A stretch of DNA of 64,000 bases from Hypanus sabinus (GCF_030144855.1 NC_082739.1:14074001-14138000); one strand, 5' to 3'. Positions 37,327 through 51,029 are shown, counted from the first letter of the stretch. Made by a program: numbers and translations. The notes: generated by a model from the letters alone, not told the origin.

Positions 37327-38780
37327 TCTTTCTTTTTGTACTTGCGCAGTTTGTTGTCTTTTGCACACAGGTTGAACTCTCAAGTTGGTGCAGTCTTTCA
37401 CTGATTCTATTATGGTTATTATTCTTTTATGGATTTATTGAGTATACCCACAATAAAATGAATGTCAGGGTTGTATATGGTGACATATATGTAATTTGAT
37501 AATAAATTGAACTTTGAATAATCTTCACAATTAAGATATTGAAAAGTCTGTGTGTCAACTGCAAAACAAGGCCTCTGGACTAGATGATATTTCTGCAGTA
37601 GTTCTAAATCTTGGCAGAGAGTAGCGTTAGTCACAAATTATTCTGTGAAAAGAAGGAGGTTTCAGGGGTCCTTAAAGATGTATTGGAACCATCCAAGCAA
37701 AAAAGACACAAACCTTGTGCTGTCTATAAAGGGGTCTCACCGCTGTCACAGGTAAAATTATCACTAGGTCCTTCTCAACCATCTTGTCCCGGTGGCCAAA
37801 GAACTGCTCTATGTCAATGCAGAGATCTAAATCAACTGTGATACATGACCTTTTTTCACCTCCCTACAGCTTTTGGCTCCATCAGTTGAAAAGAACTATT
37901 GAGTCTACTTCTCAGGTTTGAGTCCCCACCAGATATTCATCTCAACTTTATGTCTGCTGTGTGATGGCAAGCTGGTCATGATCTTAACCAGCTGACCCGA
38001 CCTCAGAGCGGACTGGCATTTAGCAAGGCCACGTCACTGCCCTGACACTTTTCTGATTACTTGTCCTGGTAATGCTGTATCTCAGCTCCAATCAAGGAGC
38101 ACACCTTTGACCAGCCTACCTTCCTGAAAGGCACCTGCTGGGATAGAGTCTTGCAGCTCTACATTGGCCTCACGGACAACTGCAGAACCTACGGAGCCAA
38201 AGTGAGAGCCAGTGTTCCAGCCCTGAATAGATTTCTGGAGAGGCAAGATAATGCAGAAAGGCATAGAGGGAGATGTTGAAAAGGGGCAGGGAGGGGTTTT
38301 TATGGAGGATGAATACCGAAGTAAACCAGCTGGTCTGAATAAGCAATTCCTTTGCAGTGGGGTCAGTAATTCCACCGTCTGGTGTTGGGCAATCAGGTGG
38401 GTATCCCAGACTGCCAAAGCGAGAGGTTAAAGATGTCAGTGAACACTCCAGTAAGTTGATCAGCACAGCAATTAATTTTCCAGTTTTCTTCTTCTCCCTT
38501 CAGATAACTGTCATTCTTCAAGGGGCATGGTCCCCTGTGACGTATCTTCAAAATGCCTTTTCTTCCCAAGAGCCACAGCAGGTTTAACAGTTCATTAGAC
38601 ATTGGACTCAGTAACTTGACTGTGAATTTGCTCCACCAGCCTCGCCTCATCTAGTCCAGCAGATACCAAGGTCTGAACTTGGCAGACTGAGTTTTAAAGC
38701 TGTAACAGAGAACAGCAGTAGGATGTAGGTATGAGTGTGTGAGGGTGGTGTTTATAGTTACAATGTGAGAAGTTTTAGAG

Positions 38781-38860
38781 CAGGGGTTCCCAACCCTTTT
38801 TATGTCATGGGCCCCTACCATTAACCAAAGGGTCCATGGACCCCAGGTTGGGAAACCCTA
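38781..38860 (+). mobile_element. ~80-bp hAT-type MITE
   Basis: TIRs caggggttcccaacc / ggttgggaaacccta. Reverse-complement match to 50400-50480. Confidence 0.8.
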
Positions 38861-40574
38861 CTTTAGGTAAATCATCTAGAGCTCAGTGGAGATTTCAAAA
38901 GTCAACTTACTTTACTCTTATAGTTCAAAATTTATCCACTATAATGAAAAAAAATCCAAAATGAACCAGATTGTGTTATTAAAAAATATAAAATAAGAAA
39001 GTAAAATGAGCTTTTGCTAAAAATATATAACAAGTGAAGGAGTGACTGATTTCTGTAGTTCATCCCCTCTCCCACTTGACCTTTCCTGCCTCCTGTCTGG
39101 AAAATTCTGCTTGCCCTCCTCTCTCTTTCTCTGCTTCCTCCACCAGACAGAGTTCCCCAACGTCCTGACCAACAATCGTTCCTCAAAAGTTTGATTGGTT
39201 GTTAGTCATTGTACTACTTTATGTGATATTACTGTACACTCATTGGGCGTTGACTTTTCCCCATAAGACATGCAGTATGATTAACTGCTTATAAATCACA
39301 GTGTAAGCTGAGAATGGTTTGTTCTTGTTTATATTCTTTTACTGCAACCACAGTAAAGCTGGTTCACAGCTGGGGGGGGGACACAGCCAGATACCTGCTT
39401 GTTACACAGAACAGGAGATGCCCATCAGCTTATTCTAACAGACCTGTGTCAAGCTTTAACTTGTTTGCACTAGCAAGCATGAACATGTTAATTCAACTGT
39501 GTATTGATTTCAACTGCTGAAAGAGATTAACCAGGCTATAACTTCCTGGCTTTTCCTTCCTTGTCCTTTGGGAGCTGGGGTGGGGGAGAAGTACAATGGG
39601 TTAGCACATTCCAGTTCTCCCACATGACTCTTCTTCACACCCAAATTATGAAAGAATTCTCCTCAGCCTCAGATATACCCCTCCCACATCCCTCAGAGAT
39701 CCCAGAATAAGCCAACAAGTGATCTGTATGAAATTGCCTTCAGTTCTAGTTCTTGGAATAATAATATCTCACAACAACGCTCTCCACATTCTTCGGTGTG
39801 TCTTTATCCTTTATCTGTAGCAATAAACATATTTGGTACTCCCCCATAGTTCGTTTTGTCCCAGAATCCATGCCTCTCTTCCTATCCTCCTGATTAAAAC
39901 TTCCAGCCCTTTATGCGAGTTAGATCTTGCCTTTTTTTTAATCTTAATCTTGTACGTTATTTTCACCTCTGGTTGGCTCATTGTTGTCACACAGCAGTGA
40001 AACAGATCCTTTGGCCAACCAAGTCCATGCTGATCATCAAAAACTTATTTCCAGTGTCTCTACATTCATCCCATTTTATTCTCTCTGCAATATCTGTTCT
40101 ACACATTCTAAGTTCTTCTTATTATGGGTGTATATAATCACAATTTATGCCTAAAATTCACACAATTGTTCAAAACATTGTTATATGGATACCTTACATA
40201 GGTCCATTCCCTGTGAACGATAGTATTTTTTCTAGGAGTACCCTACCCCTCAGCTTATGTCTCTATCAGCACTCGTGATTGGATCTACAACAGCCAATCA
40301 TGAGAGGCTTCTTAGAACTTATCTTCTTACCCAGCCTGCTTGGTGCCAGTGACATTATTGTGTGCAGTTCTGGTTACCCCATCACAGGAAGGACATGTAG
40401 GCTTCAGAAAGAGCATATAAGAGGTTCACAAGGTCACTATGAGGAGAGATTGGACCAACTTGTTGTTTCCTCTAGAGCATCAGAATCTTTCTCCCAGTGG
40501 AGGATATGCATTTAAGATGAAAGGGGGAAGGTTTAGAAGAGATGTGTGGGGCATGTTTTTTTCCATAAGAAGTG

Positions 40575-43500
40575 GAAGCTCCTCACATCTCCTTTTGAAA
40601 TTACCACCTCTAACCTTAAATGCATGTCTCTTGGTATTAGACATTTCAACCCTTGGAAAAAGATATTGTCTGTCTAATCTATCTATGTCTCTCATAATCT
40701 TATAAACCCCTATCAGATCTCCACTCTTTCTCTGCTGTTCCAGAGAAAACAACCCAAGATTGTCCAACCTCTTGTTATCACAGATGCTCTCTAATTTGGG
40801 CAACATTCTGGTAAGCCTCTTCTGTATCCTCTCCAGAGCCTCAATATCCTTCTTATAGTGGAACGACCAAAATCACATGCAATGCTCCTGATGCGGCCTA
40901 ACTGGAGTTTTATAAAGCTGTAACGTAACTTCCTGATTTTGGAACTCAGTGCCTCGACTAATAAAGGCAAGTATGCCACATGCCTTCTTAACCACCCTAG
41001 CAACCTGTGTAGCCACTTCCACAGGATTCCTTCTGCTCATCAACATTGTTAAGGATCTTGCCCTTAACAGTGTACAATCTCTTTACATTTGACCTACCAA
41101 GGTGCAACGCTTCACATTTGTCCAGGTTAAACTCCATCTGCAGTTTCTCCGCTCATATCTGCAACAGGTCTACATCCTGTTGTATTCTTTACCAATATGC
41201 TCTCCACAACACCACCAATCTTTGTATCATCTGCAAACTTACTAACCCACCCATCTACATTTTCATCCTGGCCATTTACACATATAATATCCAGTCTGAC
41301 CCAATACAGATCCCTGAAGAACACCACTAATCACAGACCTCCAGCTAGAATAAGTCCCTTTGATCACTACCCTCTGTCCTCTATGGGGAAGCTAGTTCTG
41401 AGTCCAAATGGCTAATATTCACCATGCGTTCCATGTATCTCAGTCTTCTGGATGAGCCTTCCTTGAGGACCTTGTCAAACACCTTACTAAAATCCATGTG
41501 GACAACATCCACAGATCTACCTTCATCAGTCGCCCTCGTCACCTCGTCAAAGAACTCATTCAAGTTAGTAAGACTTGTCTTGCCCCACACAGAGCCCTAG
41601 TGGCACGCCCTAATACTCATAAATCCTACCCCTAAATATTCTCTCCAGTAACTTCCCTACCACTAGCGTGAGACTCACCAGTCTATAGTTTCCAGGATTA
41701 TCCCTTGTTCCCTTGAATGATGAAACAACATTAGCTACTTGTCCTCCAGGTGGCTAGAAAGGACACAAAGTCCTTTCAAGGTCCCAGCAATCTCTTCACT
41801 TGCCTCCCTCAATAACCTGGGGTATATCCCATCACCCCCTTGGGACATCCACCTTAATGCTCTTTAAGAGATTCAACACTCCCTCCCCCTCTTCCTCGAA
41901 ATGCCCTAGCTTATTAATACTCAGCATTGATCTCCATCTCCATCTGCTTGGTAAACATTGATGTAAAGTATGCATTAAGTACCTCACCCACAAATTCTGC
42001 ATTCAAGCTAATGTTCCCCCTTTATCCTTGAGTAGTCCCACCGCTCTCCCTAGTTATCCTCTTGCTCTTAATGAAAGAACATGTATAGAATGCCTTGGGG
42101 TTCTCTTTAATTTTACTTTCCAAGGACTTTTCATGGCCCTTCCTGGCCTTTCTAATTCCCTTCTTGAGTTCTTTTCTGGCTTCCTATAATCCTCAAGGGC
42201 TCTGTTTGATTTTAGCTTTCTAAGCTTTATATAGATTTCCTTCTTCTTTTCGACTAAACTCATCACCTTTGTCAACATCGAAGGTTCTCTTACTTTGCCA
42301 TCCTTGTCCTGCCTTCTGACCGGAACGTACCTGTCCTGTACCCTGTGCAGTTGGTCTTTACACACCCTCACATGGCAGATGTGGACTTGCACAAAAACAG
42401 CTCTTCCCAATTAACTCTTCCTAGTTCCTGCCTAATGCTCTCATAATGGCCTTGCTCCAGTTTAAAACTCTCCTGCAAGGGCCATACTTATCTATAGCTA
42501 TCTTAAAACATAAAGAGTTGTGGTTACTGTACCAATTGTTCACCCACTGAAAGGTTGGTCAAGGCTCATTACACAACACCAGGTCTAGTACAGCCCCTCC
42601 TCTTGTTGGACTATCTACATATTGAGTTAAGAAACCCTCCTGGATGCACCAAACAAGTTCTGCCCATCTAAACCTCTTGCACCAAGAAGGTCTCAGTTTA
42701 TATTAGAGACGTTGAAGTCCCCCATGACAACAACCCATATTGTTTTTATGTCTCCCCTTTGACATGTGGTTAGCATAATACTTTACAGTATCAGTGACCC
42801 GGGTTCAATTCCCAATGCTGCCTGTAAGGAGTCTATATATTCTCCCTGTGATAGCATGGGTTTCCCCCAGGATGTACCTGTTGCTAGGTTAATTGGTCAT
42901 TGTAAATTGGCCTGTGCTTAGGCTAGGATCACATCAGTGGGTTGTTGCATGGCTTGAAGGGTCGGAAGGGCCAACTCCACATTATATCTCAATAAATTAA
43001 TCTGCCTGCATGTCTGTTTCCGGTGTATGTCCCGGTGGCTTTTGGGGGGGTCTGTAGCCCAATCCCATCAGAGTGATAGTGCCCTTCCAGTTCCAGAGTT
43101 CCGGGAATGAGCCCTCCTTTGCGTGCAGCTGTGATATTGTCCCTCATCAGTAGTGCACCCCCCCCCCACCTCTTTTACCTCCTCCTCCATCTTTTCCAAA
43201 ACATTGAAACCCTGAGATATTGAGTACCCATTCCTGTCCCTCTTTCAAGCAAAGCTCCATAGTGGCCACAACATCATAGTTCCATTTACTGATCCATGTT
43301 CTAAGTTCATCACTCTTACCCGTAGTACTCCTTGCATTAAAATACACGCACTTCAGACTATCTGTGCCATTGTATCTAGTAGTTTGCTTCTGGCCCTTTC
43401 GCTCTCTCCATCCTCACACTTTCTGCCGTGGTACTCTGGTTCCCATCCCCCTGCCAAACTAGTTTAAACCCTCCCAAGTAGCACGACTAAACCTCCCAAC

Positions 43501-44007
43501 CAGGATATTGGTTCCCCTCCAGTTCAGGTGCAACCTGTCCCTCTTGTACATATCACCCCTGCCCCAGAAAGGTTCCAATAATCCAAGAACCTGAAACCCT
43601 GTCCCCTTCACCAGTTCCTCAGCCACTCATTCATCTGTACCAATCATCCTGTCCCTGCCCTGACTAGCACATGGCACTGGGAGTAATCCAGAGATCACTA
43701 CCTTGGAGGTCCTGCTCTTCAGCCTTCCCTAACTCCCTATACTCACTGCGCAGGACCTCTTCCCCCTTTCTACCACAAACTCTGGCTGCTCGTCCTCCTC
43801 TTGAGAACATGCTGCAGTCGCTCTGAGACATCTTGGACCCTAGCTCCTGGGAGGCAACACTCCATCCTGGCACCTCTTTCATAGCCAAAGAATTTCCTGT
43901 CTGTCCTCTTAAATATCAAGCCTCTTATCATTATCGCTCTACCTGACTTTACTCTTCCTTGCTGAGCCTCAGAGCAGTGGCCTGGCTCCTGTTGTGCCCT
44001 GTTAGGT
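40575..44007 (-). mobile_element. Old CR1 LINE retaining ORF1 (SGNH-esterase-like) remnant, endonuclease and RT
   Basis: - strand CCLPGARVQDVSERLQ (~43815-43860), YFNARS...YDVVA..E...GGGV (43147-43347), DFSKVFDKV, KFADDTK. Confidence 0.88.
42764..42996 (+). mobile_element. V-SINE/HE1-like SINE inserted in CR1
   Basis: gtggttagca..., ggttcaattcc B box, tgtaaggagt...ttctccctgtg..gcatgggtttcc. Confidence 0.7.
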
Positions 44008-44640
44008 CAAGAGTTCAAGAGCCACAAAGTAATGTTACAGCTCTATGAAACTCTGGTTAGGCCACACTTAGAGTACTGTGTTCAGTTCAGGTCACCTCAT
44101 TATAGGAAGGCTGTGGAAGCTTCAGAGAGGGTGCAGAGGAGATTTACCAGGTTGCTGCCCAACTTTCTGATGAGGAAAGGTTGAGTGAGCTGGGGCTTTT
44201 CTCTTTGGAGTGAAGGAGGATGAGAGGTGACTTGATACAGGTGTACAAAATGAAAAGGCATAGATAGATTGGGGAACCAATGCCCTTTTCATGCGGGGGT
44301 ACAATTTCCTAAGGGGGTATAATTTTAAGGTGATTGGCGGAAATTATGGGGGGGATATCAGAGATAGTTTTTTTACACAGAGTGGTGATGCATGGAATGC
44401 TTTGCCAGGAGTGCTGGTCGAGACAGATACATTGTGGACATTTAGGAGATTGTTAGATGGATGAAAAATTGAGGGCTATGTGGGAGGGAAGGGTTAGATT
44501 GATCTTAGAGTAGGTTAAAAGGTGGGCACTACATCATGGGCAAGCAAAGGAGATTTAGTTTAATTCTTCATTGTGCTTGGCACTAACTTTGTGGGTGAAG
44601 GGTCTGTTCCTGTGCTGTGCTGTACTGTTCTATGTTCTCT
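44008..44640 (+). mobile_element. CR1 3' fragment
   Basis: Degenerate LY.TLVRPHLEYCVQF coding sequence and tail tgttctatgttct. Confidence 0.8.
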
Positions 44641-46805
44641 GTTTAAGTCGGCTCTCAATGCAGATAAAAGCCCATGCGATGGGAGTGGCAACAAGACATG
44701 GAACTGGCACATAGCAGCAGTACAGAGGGAGGTCCCTCTCGCACCTCACCACTTTAAATCATAGTGATTGCAAGGGAAGGAAATCTAATTTACCAATGCC
44801 AATGTTCAAACTGGAGTTTGCTATCAAGAGCAGCTTGAGTCTCTCTCCCATTGTAAAACCACTCAAGTACTAGACAACCACATTCTTCAGTGCTTTTATT
44901 GCTTGGATTTTTTCTGTTTTGTGTCCTCTTTTGAATTTCTTACCATTTGATGAATTAACATTAGAACACACAACAGTACAGCACAGGAACAAGCCCTTCA
45001 GCCCACAATGTTGTGCTGAACCAGATAAATTAGTAATCAAATGGCCAACTAAACTAATCCCTTCTGCCTACACAATGTCCGTATCTTTCCATTTTCCTCT
45101 CACCATGTGCCTATCTAAACATCTCCTAAAAATCTCTAATGTATCTGTGTCTACCACCGCCCCTGGCAGGACATTCCAGGCACCTACTACTCTCAACGTA
45201 AAAAAACTTAGTCTTCACACCTCCTTTGAAATTACCCCTCTCACCTTAAATGAATGCCCTCTGGTGTTAGATATTTCAACCCTGATTTTTTAGATTTTTA
45301 CAAAATCTAAGTGGCGTCCTTTGTTACATTTTTGTAATCAAGCGTTCTTGTCCTTCAGTGACTAGCCTACCTGATCTGACCTACCCTGCACTTTTACCCA
45401 CAGTCTAGAAAGAGAAGCGCCATCTTCTCGGTTGAGCATTGTATTGAAATTATATGAAATGGAGACGATTCCGGTGTCTTTCGCAGGTGCTCACCATTGA
45501 CTCGTGTGGCAGAAGCGCTCCCTAGTGGCAGGACTTTGTATTGTAGCTCAGAGCCCCAAGGCTGCAGGTTCAAACTTTTACTTCGATCGAAATACTGATT
45601 AAACAGTTAATAAATTTTACTGAAAGCTAGCCTTGAAATTAACCGCATCTTTCACAGCCCCAAACTATCCCAAGCAGCTATATGAGAACTTTTTTAAACA
45701 AAGCCACTTACTTTTATATCAGTTTTACTTAATTATATACTTCTGTATCTGTTTGTGAACAGCAAGATCCCACAGCAATGGTGAGATAATATAAATTAAA
45801 ATAAAGTAAGCTCAATAGACATGTGCCAAGAATATTTGTAACCTGTAACAGGATATAGATATGTTGAGTGTTCTTGTACATAAACTCTAAAAGGCTAGCA
45901 TAATTAGGTCCAGCAACTAATTAAGAAAGTAAATGGACCTGTTTCTGATAAATCTCATTCTGATTTTGGAGTATTGGCTTTCAGTGCCGGTGGTTTGGAG
46001 TTTAATAATAGTGAAGTATTGTTACAATTGTGGAAGGTGTTGGTGCATGAAGAGCTGATCTACTGGGTACAGCTTGACCCTTTTGATCCTTATTTTATCC
46101 CCTTATTTAAGAAAGTAAATACAGTACTATACAAAAGTCTCCGGCACAGCGCTATACATGGATGAGAAGAAATTCTCAGGAGAAGGTTATCGCAAGTAAC
46201 TAGGGCAGCTGGATCTGTATTATTTGGAGTTTAGAAAAATGAAGAGTGATCTTCTTGAAACTGATGAGATCCTGAGGGTGTAGTAGGGTAGATATTGAGA
46301 TGTTTCAGCCCTTCTGAGAGTTTCGATTGAGGGGACATGGTAGAAGATAAGGTTGCAAATATTTAAAGCTGAGGTGCCTAGGAATTTCTCCATGCAGAAA
46401 GTAGTAAATGCCTGGTATTCTCTCCCCAGATCATCAGGGAGGGCAGATGTATTTAGAGGGAAGATAGGTAAATGTTTGAAAGTCAAGCTGGCGTAGAAGG
46501 GCAGATCAGTTGTTATTTTGAATGTTGGGACAGGCTTAAAAGGCCAAGTGGCTTACTTTTGCTCCTATTTTCTTGAGTTCTTCTAAATGATGTGACCCAC
46601 TGGGCTACAATCTCCAAATATTCTAGATTATGCAACTCGGCAGCTCTCACTGCCACAGACCAGAAGACGTCCTGTGGTGTTACCCATGGTTACTTCTGGA
46701 ATGTGAAAGTCAAACATTTGCGGTGTCACTGCAAATGGTTGGTTTGTGGCTCAGCCATTCCAGGTTGAGTTTACCTCAAATCACTCTCACTTCCTCTCCC
46801 ACCAG

Positions 46806-47016
46806 ATACTCTACTATCACTCTGCAGCCTTCCCTGCACAGAACACTCCACTGAAGGACCGGGTGCTGTGGAACGGGGACCTCAGAAATGGCAATGCTTC
46901 AATCATTGTGAAGAACCTGACGCTGAGTGACAATGGAACGTTCAGCTGTGTGGTGCAGAACCCACCGGACGTCAGCAGTTCTGTGCCGACGACTGAACTC
47001 ACCGTCACCAAGAAAG
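46806..47016 (+). CDS. MPZL3: MPZL3-like exon 3 (Ig-V C-half)
   Basis: Acceptor ttcctctcccaccag|. ILYYHSAAFPAQNTPLKDRVLWNGDLRNGNASIIVKNLTLSDNGTFSCVVQNPPDVSSSVPTTELTVTKK carries the MPZ-family DNGTF.C.V.NPPDV signature and MPZL3-type P.TELTVT. Donor G|GTGGG, phase 1. Confidence 0.96.
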
Positions 47017-47771
47017 GTGGGCCGCTCATTTGTTAAATATAGACCCTGTATTTCAATCATGCCTCCATTTCAACCCACCTAGTCCATGACCACATTTCAC
47101 CACAGGGCAAAGGCGTCACGTTTGATTCTTGTCCTTCTCTCAACTTTACTCCATTTTTACAGTTGAACATAGAACAATACCGGCCCTTAAACCCACATTG
47201 TTGCTCCAACCTTTAAAATTGATTCCCCTTGAATCTGATGTTCTCCAGAATGGAAGGTTTTATTAGGATTTAGATGTATCAGGACCTTTCTTCAAAGGAA
47301 TGGGCATAGGATGTAAGAAGGCCTACTTCAGGAGCTAATCAACAGTAATCTTGGTTAGTGATACTCTATCAAGGTTAACGCTTAGTATGTAGTGTCACCT
47401 CTAGCCCAAGAATCCCTAGACTCCCTCACACACCCTTCTCCTTGCAATGTTGTGTTACCCAAATTAATTCAACCAATCCAGCATCTGGGTTTATGAATAC
47501 AAATAGTTAATAACTTGAGTTAAGAAGTTTAAAAATAAAACTTTACTGGAATTGTACTTACAAAGTGGAAATTTCTAGCACAGATGGTAATTGAGGGAAA
47601 TAGTTTGGATGGTTTCCAAATGAAATTATATGGTACAAGAGAGATAAAGGAATTAAAAAACCTGAAAATCAGCAATTTAGTGGACAGAAGGATAGGAGAC
47701 ACGCATTTTCTGGTTGGGCTGAATGGCCTGTTTCTTCTTGGTAATGAGTTTTGGTTCTCTTCTTTGCACAG

Positions 47772-47925
47772 GGCTCCCTTTCCGTCTGAGTGTGGTGGTC
47801 ATGCTGCTGCTGCTGGTGGTAGTGCCCACTGTGCTGGTGGTCACCGTGCTCCTGGTGTGGACGTGCAAGAGATTTGAATTCTGCGGACCCACGACCACCA
47901 AGGCATCGACTGAGGTGGTGGAAGG
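47772..47925 (+). CDS. MPZL3: MPZL3-like exon 4 (transmembrane)
   Basis: Acceptor ctttgcacag|. (G)LPFRLSVVVMLLLLVVVPTVLVVTVLLVWTCKRFEFCGPTTTKASTEVVE. Donor GG|GTAGG, phase 2. Confidence 0.93.
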
Positions 47926-48503
47926 GTAGGCTCAGAATTGGCACTGGAGATTGGTGTTGAGATTACTGAGGAAATCAGTCACCTTTCCTTAACCACCCAA
48001 AGCACAATTCAATTAGTGAGAGCATTTAACAAACCAATTCTAACCCAACAGCCAGCAAGACAGAACAAGGACCAACAAGGAGCAGTGAGATGATTCACCA
48101 AATAAGCATGGGAATATAAAGTCCAGTGACAAACAGGGTGGTGATTCATCAGCAAACCACAGAAGGAGGCCATTTGGTCCATCATGGCCATTCTGGCTCT
48201 GAAAGATATTCTGAATTAATCCCATCCCCTGATCTTTTTCTCACTCCAGAATCCCTTCTTCTCCCCAAACACCTTTCTGTTCCCAATCCCAATTCAAGAG
48301 ATCTCCACACAAACACCCACCACCCACCTCCCAACCAAAGCATCCCACCCCTGCCCAATATCTCTGCAGTCCTGGTCTTTAGAAGGTTTTCCAAAGGAGC
48401 CAGTTTACACTTTGGTCAAATCAAATGCTATTTGTTTTCTGAGGGAATGGGTCTTGTTCTTGCCGCCATATTACAAGCAATAGCTGCTGGTGTTTCTTTA
48501 CAG

Positions 48504-48561
48504 AGCTGGTGACGATTCTGAAGGTGGTTTAAGGAACGGCTTTTGCACACGTTGTTTGCAG
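48504..48561 (+). CDS. MPZL3: MPZL3-like exon 5 (cytoplasmic)
   Basis: Acceptor tttctttacag|. (G)AGDDSEGGLRNGFCTRCLQ has a C..C motif as in the MPZL3 tail. Donor CAG|GTGAGT, phase 0. Confidence 0.88.
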
Positions 48562-48949
48562 GTGAGTATCCGGAAGCCAACCCTCCTCTCAGGAGGAGGG
48601 TCAGAGGCCAAGAGTCGGGGTGAGAGATGAGAAGGAGGGGCTAGGGTGGATAGAAGGGAGGCAGTTTGGAGTGGGAGGACGAGGTGGAGGAGTATGGGCA
48701 GATGGGAAAGAGGGAACGGTTGGAGCTTTCGTTGCTCCATGGGCCGGTTTCAACCCAACTGCGGCATTGAAGATCTGTGGTCACAGCAATAAGGAACTGT
48801 GGTGAAAGGAGTGTTGTGTCAAACACAATCTGATGATAACTTAGAATCTATCACATTAGAAGTGTGCAGGGACGGAGTTGGAAGCTGTAGGGAGCCAGAT
48901 GCAAGCTTGGCTTAATTCGCCCCCACACAAATATAATCTTGGGAAAGGG

Positions 48950-49690
48950 TGGGATTCTCCATTTCTTTATTCCCCCATTGCAGAATCCTCCAAGAATTCT
49001 TCCATTGCAGTGAAATGGAAGCTGTGGAGATAGGTCTGCATATGAACGTTGAAAAGTGTTTTATCAATTTGTAAGCTGTAACTTTAAGAATGTTGGGGAA
49101 GAGAAAGTATGGTCGAGAGGCACAGAAGGAAGAAGTTGGTAGTAAATGGGACATATTCTGCCTGGAGGTCAGTGACAAGTGGGTTCTACAGAGACCTTTT
49201 CTGGGAACCCTGCTCTTTGTCATTTTCATAAATTACTTAGATGAGGAAGTGAAGGGTGGGTCAGGAAGTTTCCAGTTGGCATGAGGGTTGGTGGAGTTGT
49301 AGGTAGAGTAGGAAGTTGTCATGGGTTACAAGGGGACATTGACAGGATGCAGAGCTGGGCTGAGAAGTGGCAGATGCAGTTTGATCTGGAAAAGTGTGAA
49401 ATGCTACACTTTGGAAGGTCAAACTTGAAGGCAGAGTAATGGCTGGGTTCCTTGCAGTGTGGAGGAACACAGAGATCTTAGCATCCAAGTCCATAGATGC
49501 TTTAACTGCCACGGAAGTTCACACGGTGGTGAAGAAGGCATATGGTGTGTTGGCCTTCATTAGTCAGGGCATTGAGGTTGAGAGCTGCGAGACAATATTG
49601 CAGCTCTGGTCAGTTCTGATTGGCTCGTAGGAAAGATATAGAAGCTTTAGAGAGGGTGCATAAGAGATTTACTAGGATGCTGCCTTGAGG
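48950..49690 (+). mobile_element. Old CR1 RT fragment in intron 5
   Basis: Degenerate LGTLLFVIFINYLDE and W..KWQMQF coding remnants. Confidence 0.7.
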
Positions 49691-49890
49691 AATTCCACAG
49701 GGTCATCAAGCGCTTCATCAGCCTGCTCTGAACAATCCCCACGACTGTAGAGCACAGGTTGGCCACAGGGTGGCAGACTGGTACAGTACTTGATGGCCTT
49801 ATGGCGATGTGATTTTTTTCTACTCAGGGCGTGCTGGGACTATTCACTGGTATTTTCAAAGGCAACTAAATTGTTCTTGTTTCTCTCCAG

Positions 49891-49953
49891 GATTCCGATG
49901 AGGAAGATGAGGATTTCCATCAGTTTTATCCCATGTCAGAATCAGTGACATAG
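49891..49953 (+). CDS. MPZL3: MPZL3-like exon 6 (terminal)
   Basis: Acceptor tttctctccag|. DSDEEDEDFHQFYPMSESVT* begins with DSD as in the MPZL3 C-terminus. Total CDS 732 nt. Confidence 0.88.
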   Translation, partial: DSDEEDEDFHQFYPMSESVT

Positions 49954-50126
49954 CCTGCAGTGTCTTGGGCAATGTGGCGGAATCATTGGGAAGGCTTGCT
50001 GGGTGTTTCCTGACCAGTGTCAGGGAGGGAGTCGTTTATCTGTCACCACTTCAGCTAATGCACGAGTGAGGTTGGGATTGGGTCTCAAAACATATTGCCT
50101 TCTTTCTTGCACTGGTAAAAGGGTTG

Positions 50127-50132
50127 AATAAA
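50127..50132 (+). terminator. Candidate polyadenylation signal
   Basis: First AATAAA after the stop codon. Confidence 0.45.
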
Positions 50133-50399
50133 TCTGTAAATTTTTAAAATTATGGGCCTGATAAATTCACAGTGAGATAGTGAGATGGCAGTTATTTCCA
50201 GTATTTAAACATTATAATAAGGAAACAGAATAACAGAGCAGAACACTAATTATCCCTTCTATACAGGGTCCACTGTACAACTCAGTAATATTGCTGTCCT
50301 CTCTCCAATGATCTACCCTTGCTACCAAACATCTTGGATGGATCATACATAATTTGCAACCTCTGCAAGGTCAGCTCATGAGCTTTGCATTGTATAGAA

Positions 50400-50480
50400 C
50401 AGGGGTTCCTAACCTGGGGTCCACGGACCTTTCGGTTAATGGTAGGGGTCCGTGGCATAAAAAAAGTTGAGAACCCCCTG
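50400..50480 (-). mobile_element. 81-bp hAT-type MITE
   Basis: TIRs caggggttc / gaaccccctg. 8-bp TSD GTATAGAA / GTATAGCA. Confidence 0.85.
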
Positions 50481-50995
50481 GTATAGCAGAACTCTGATAA
50501 CCCAGCACTCTGGCAGGGCTCGACAAACGGTTTTTCCAGCCTATTGGATGTTACTCATTTAAAATGCAAGTGCAGCATAATTTCACTTTGCAAATTACAG
50601 CTGTGATCCACTCGCTTTCCTGACCCCCAGTGTTCAACCCTTGCCTCCAACCCACGACCTGTTTGTACTCTAGACCCCCCCCCAGCTCAAGCTCTGGACT
50701 GACAAATAAGGCAGGTACCAAGCCACCAGGGTTTGCAAGTGTTTTAATAATGGAACATTGGAATTTCACTGGACCTGTCGGGAAAGATCTAGGACTTTTG
50801 GTGGGTGGGCATCATAGGAATGGCTCTGAAATCTATTGGCTGTTGAGAATATTCTCAACAGATGAGCCTACTCACCTCGTTGAGGGAGAGAATTCCAGAG
50901 ATTCGTGGACATGCCCTTATTCTGGGATGGTTCCGGACTCACAACGCAGTGTATATATCCATCCATTTACCCTGTAGAATAGTTTCACTGATCAG

Positions 50996-51029
50996 CAGCG
51001 CCATCTGCAGGGGTTTAGTGGAACTGTAG
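50996..51029 (-). promoter_or_regulatory. CTCF-like motif (core plus upstream module)
   Basis: - strand ctacagttcc-actaa-acccCTGCAGATGGCGCtg. Confidence 0.55.

Larger units (their letters stand above)
33040..37515 (+). mobile_element. Rex1/Babar-like LINE, interrupted by a CR1 insertion
   Basis: Halves 33040-33757 and 36093-37515 join as gtgatgaagtg|tttgag. RT motifs [36 protein letters not shown]. Tail aataaattgaactttgaa. Confidence 0.88.

Noticed and set aside
37269-37499. Poly-Tyr / poly-Ile ORFs
   Set aside because: Translation of the (TTA)n microsatellite.
22381-49953. Alternative identity MPZ, MPZL1, MPZL2 or SCN2B/4B
   Set aside because: VRG.IGE.I.L.C.FKS, P.TELTVT, the VP in the TM helix and the C..C-DSD tail match MPZL3 as I recall it. 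A tree would confirm.
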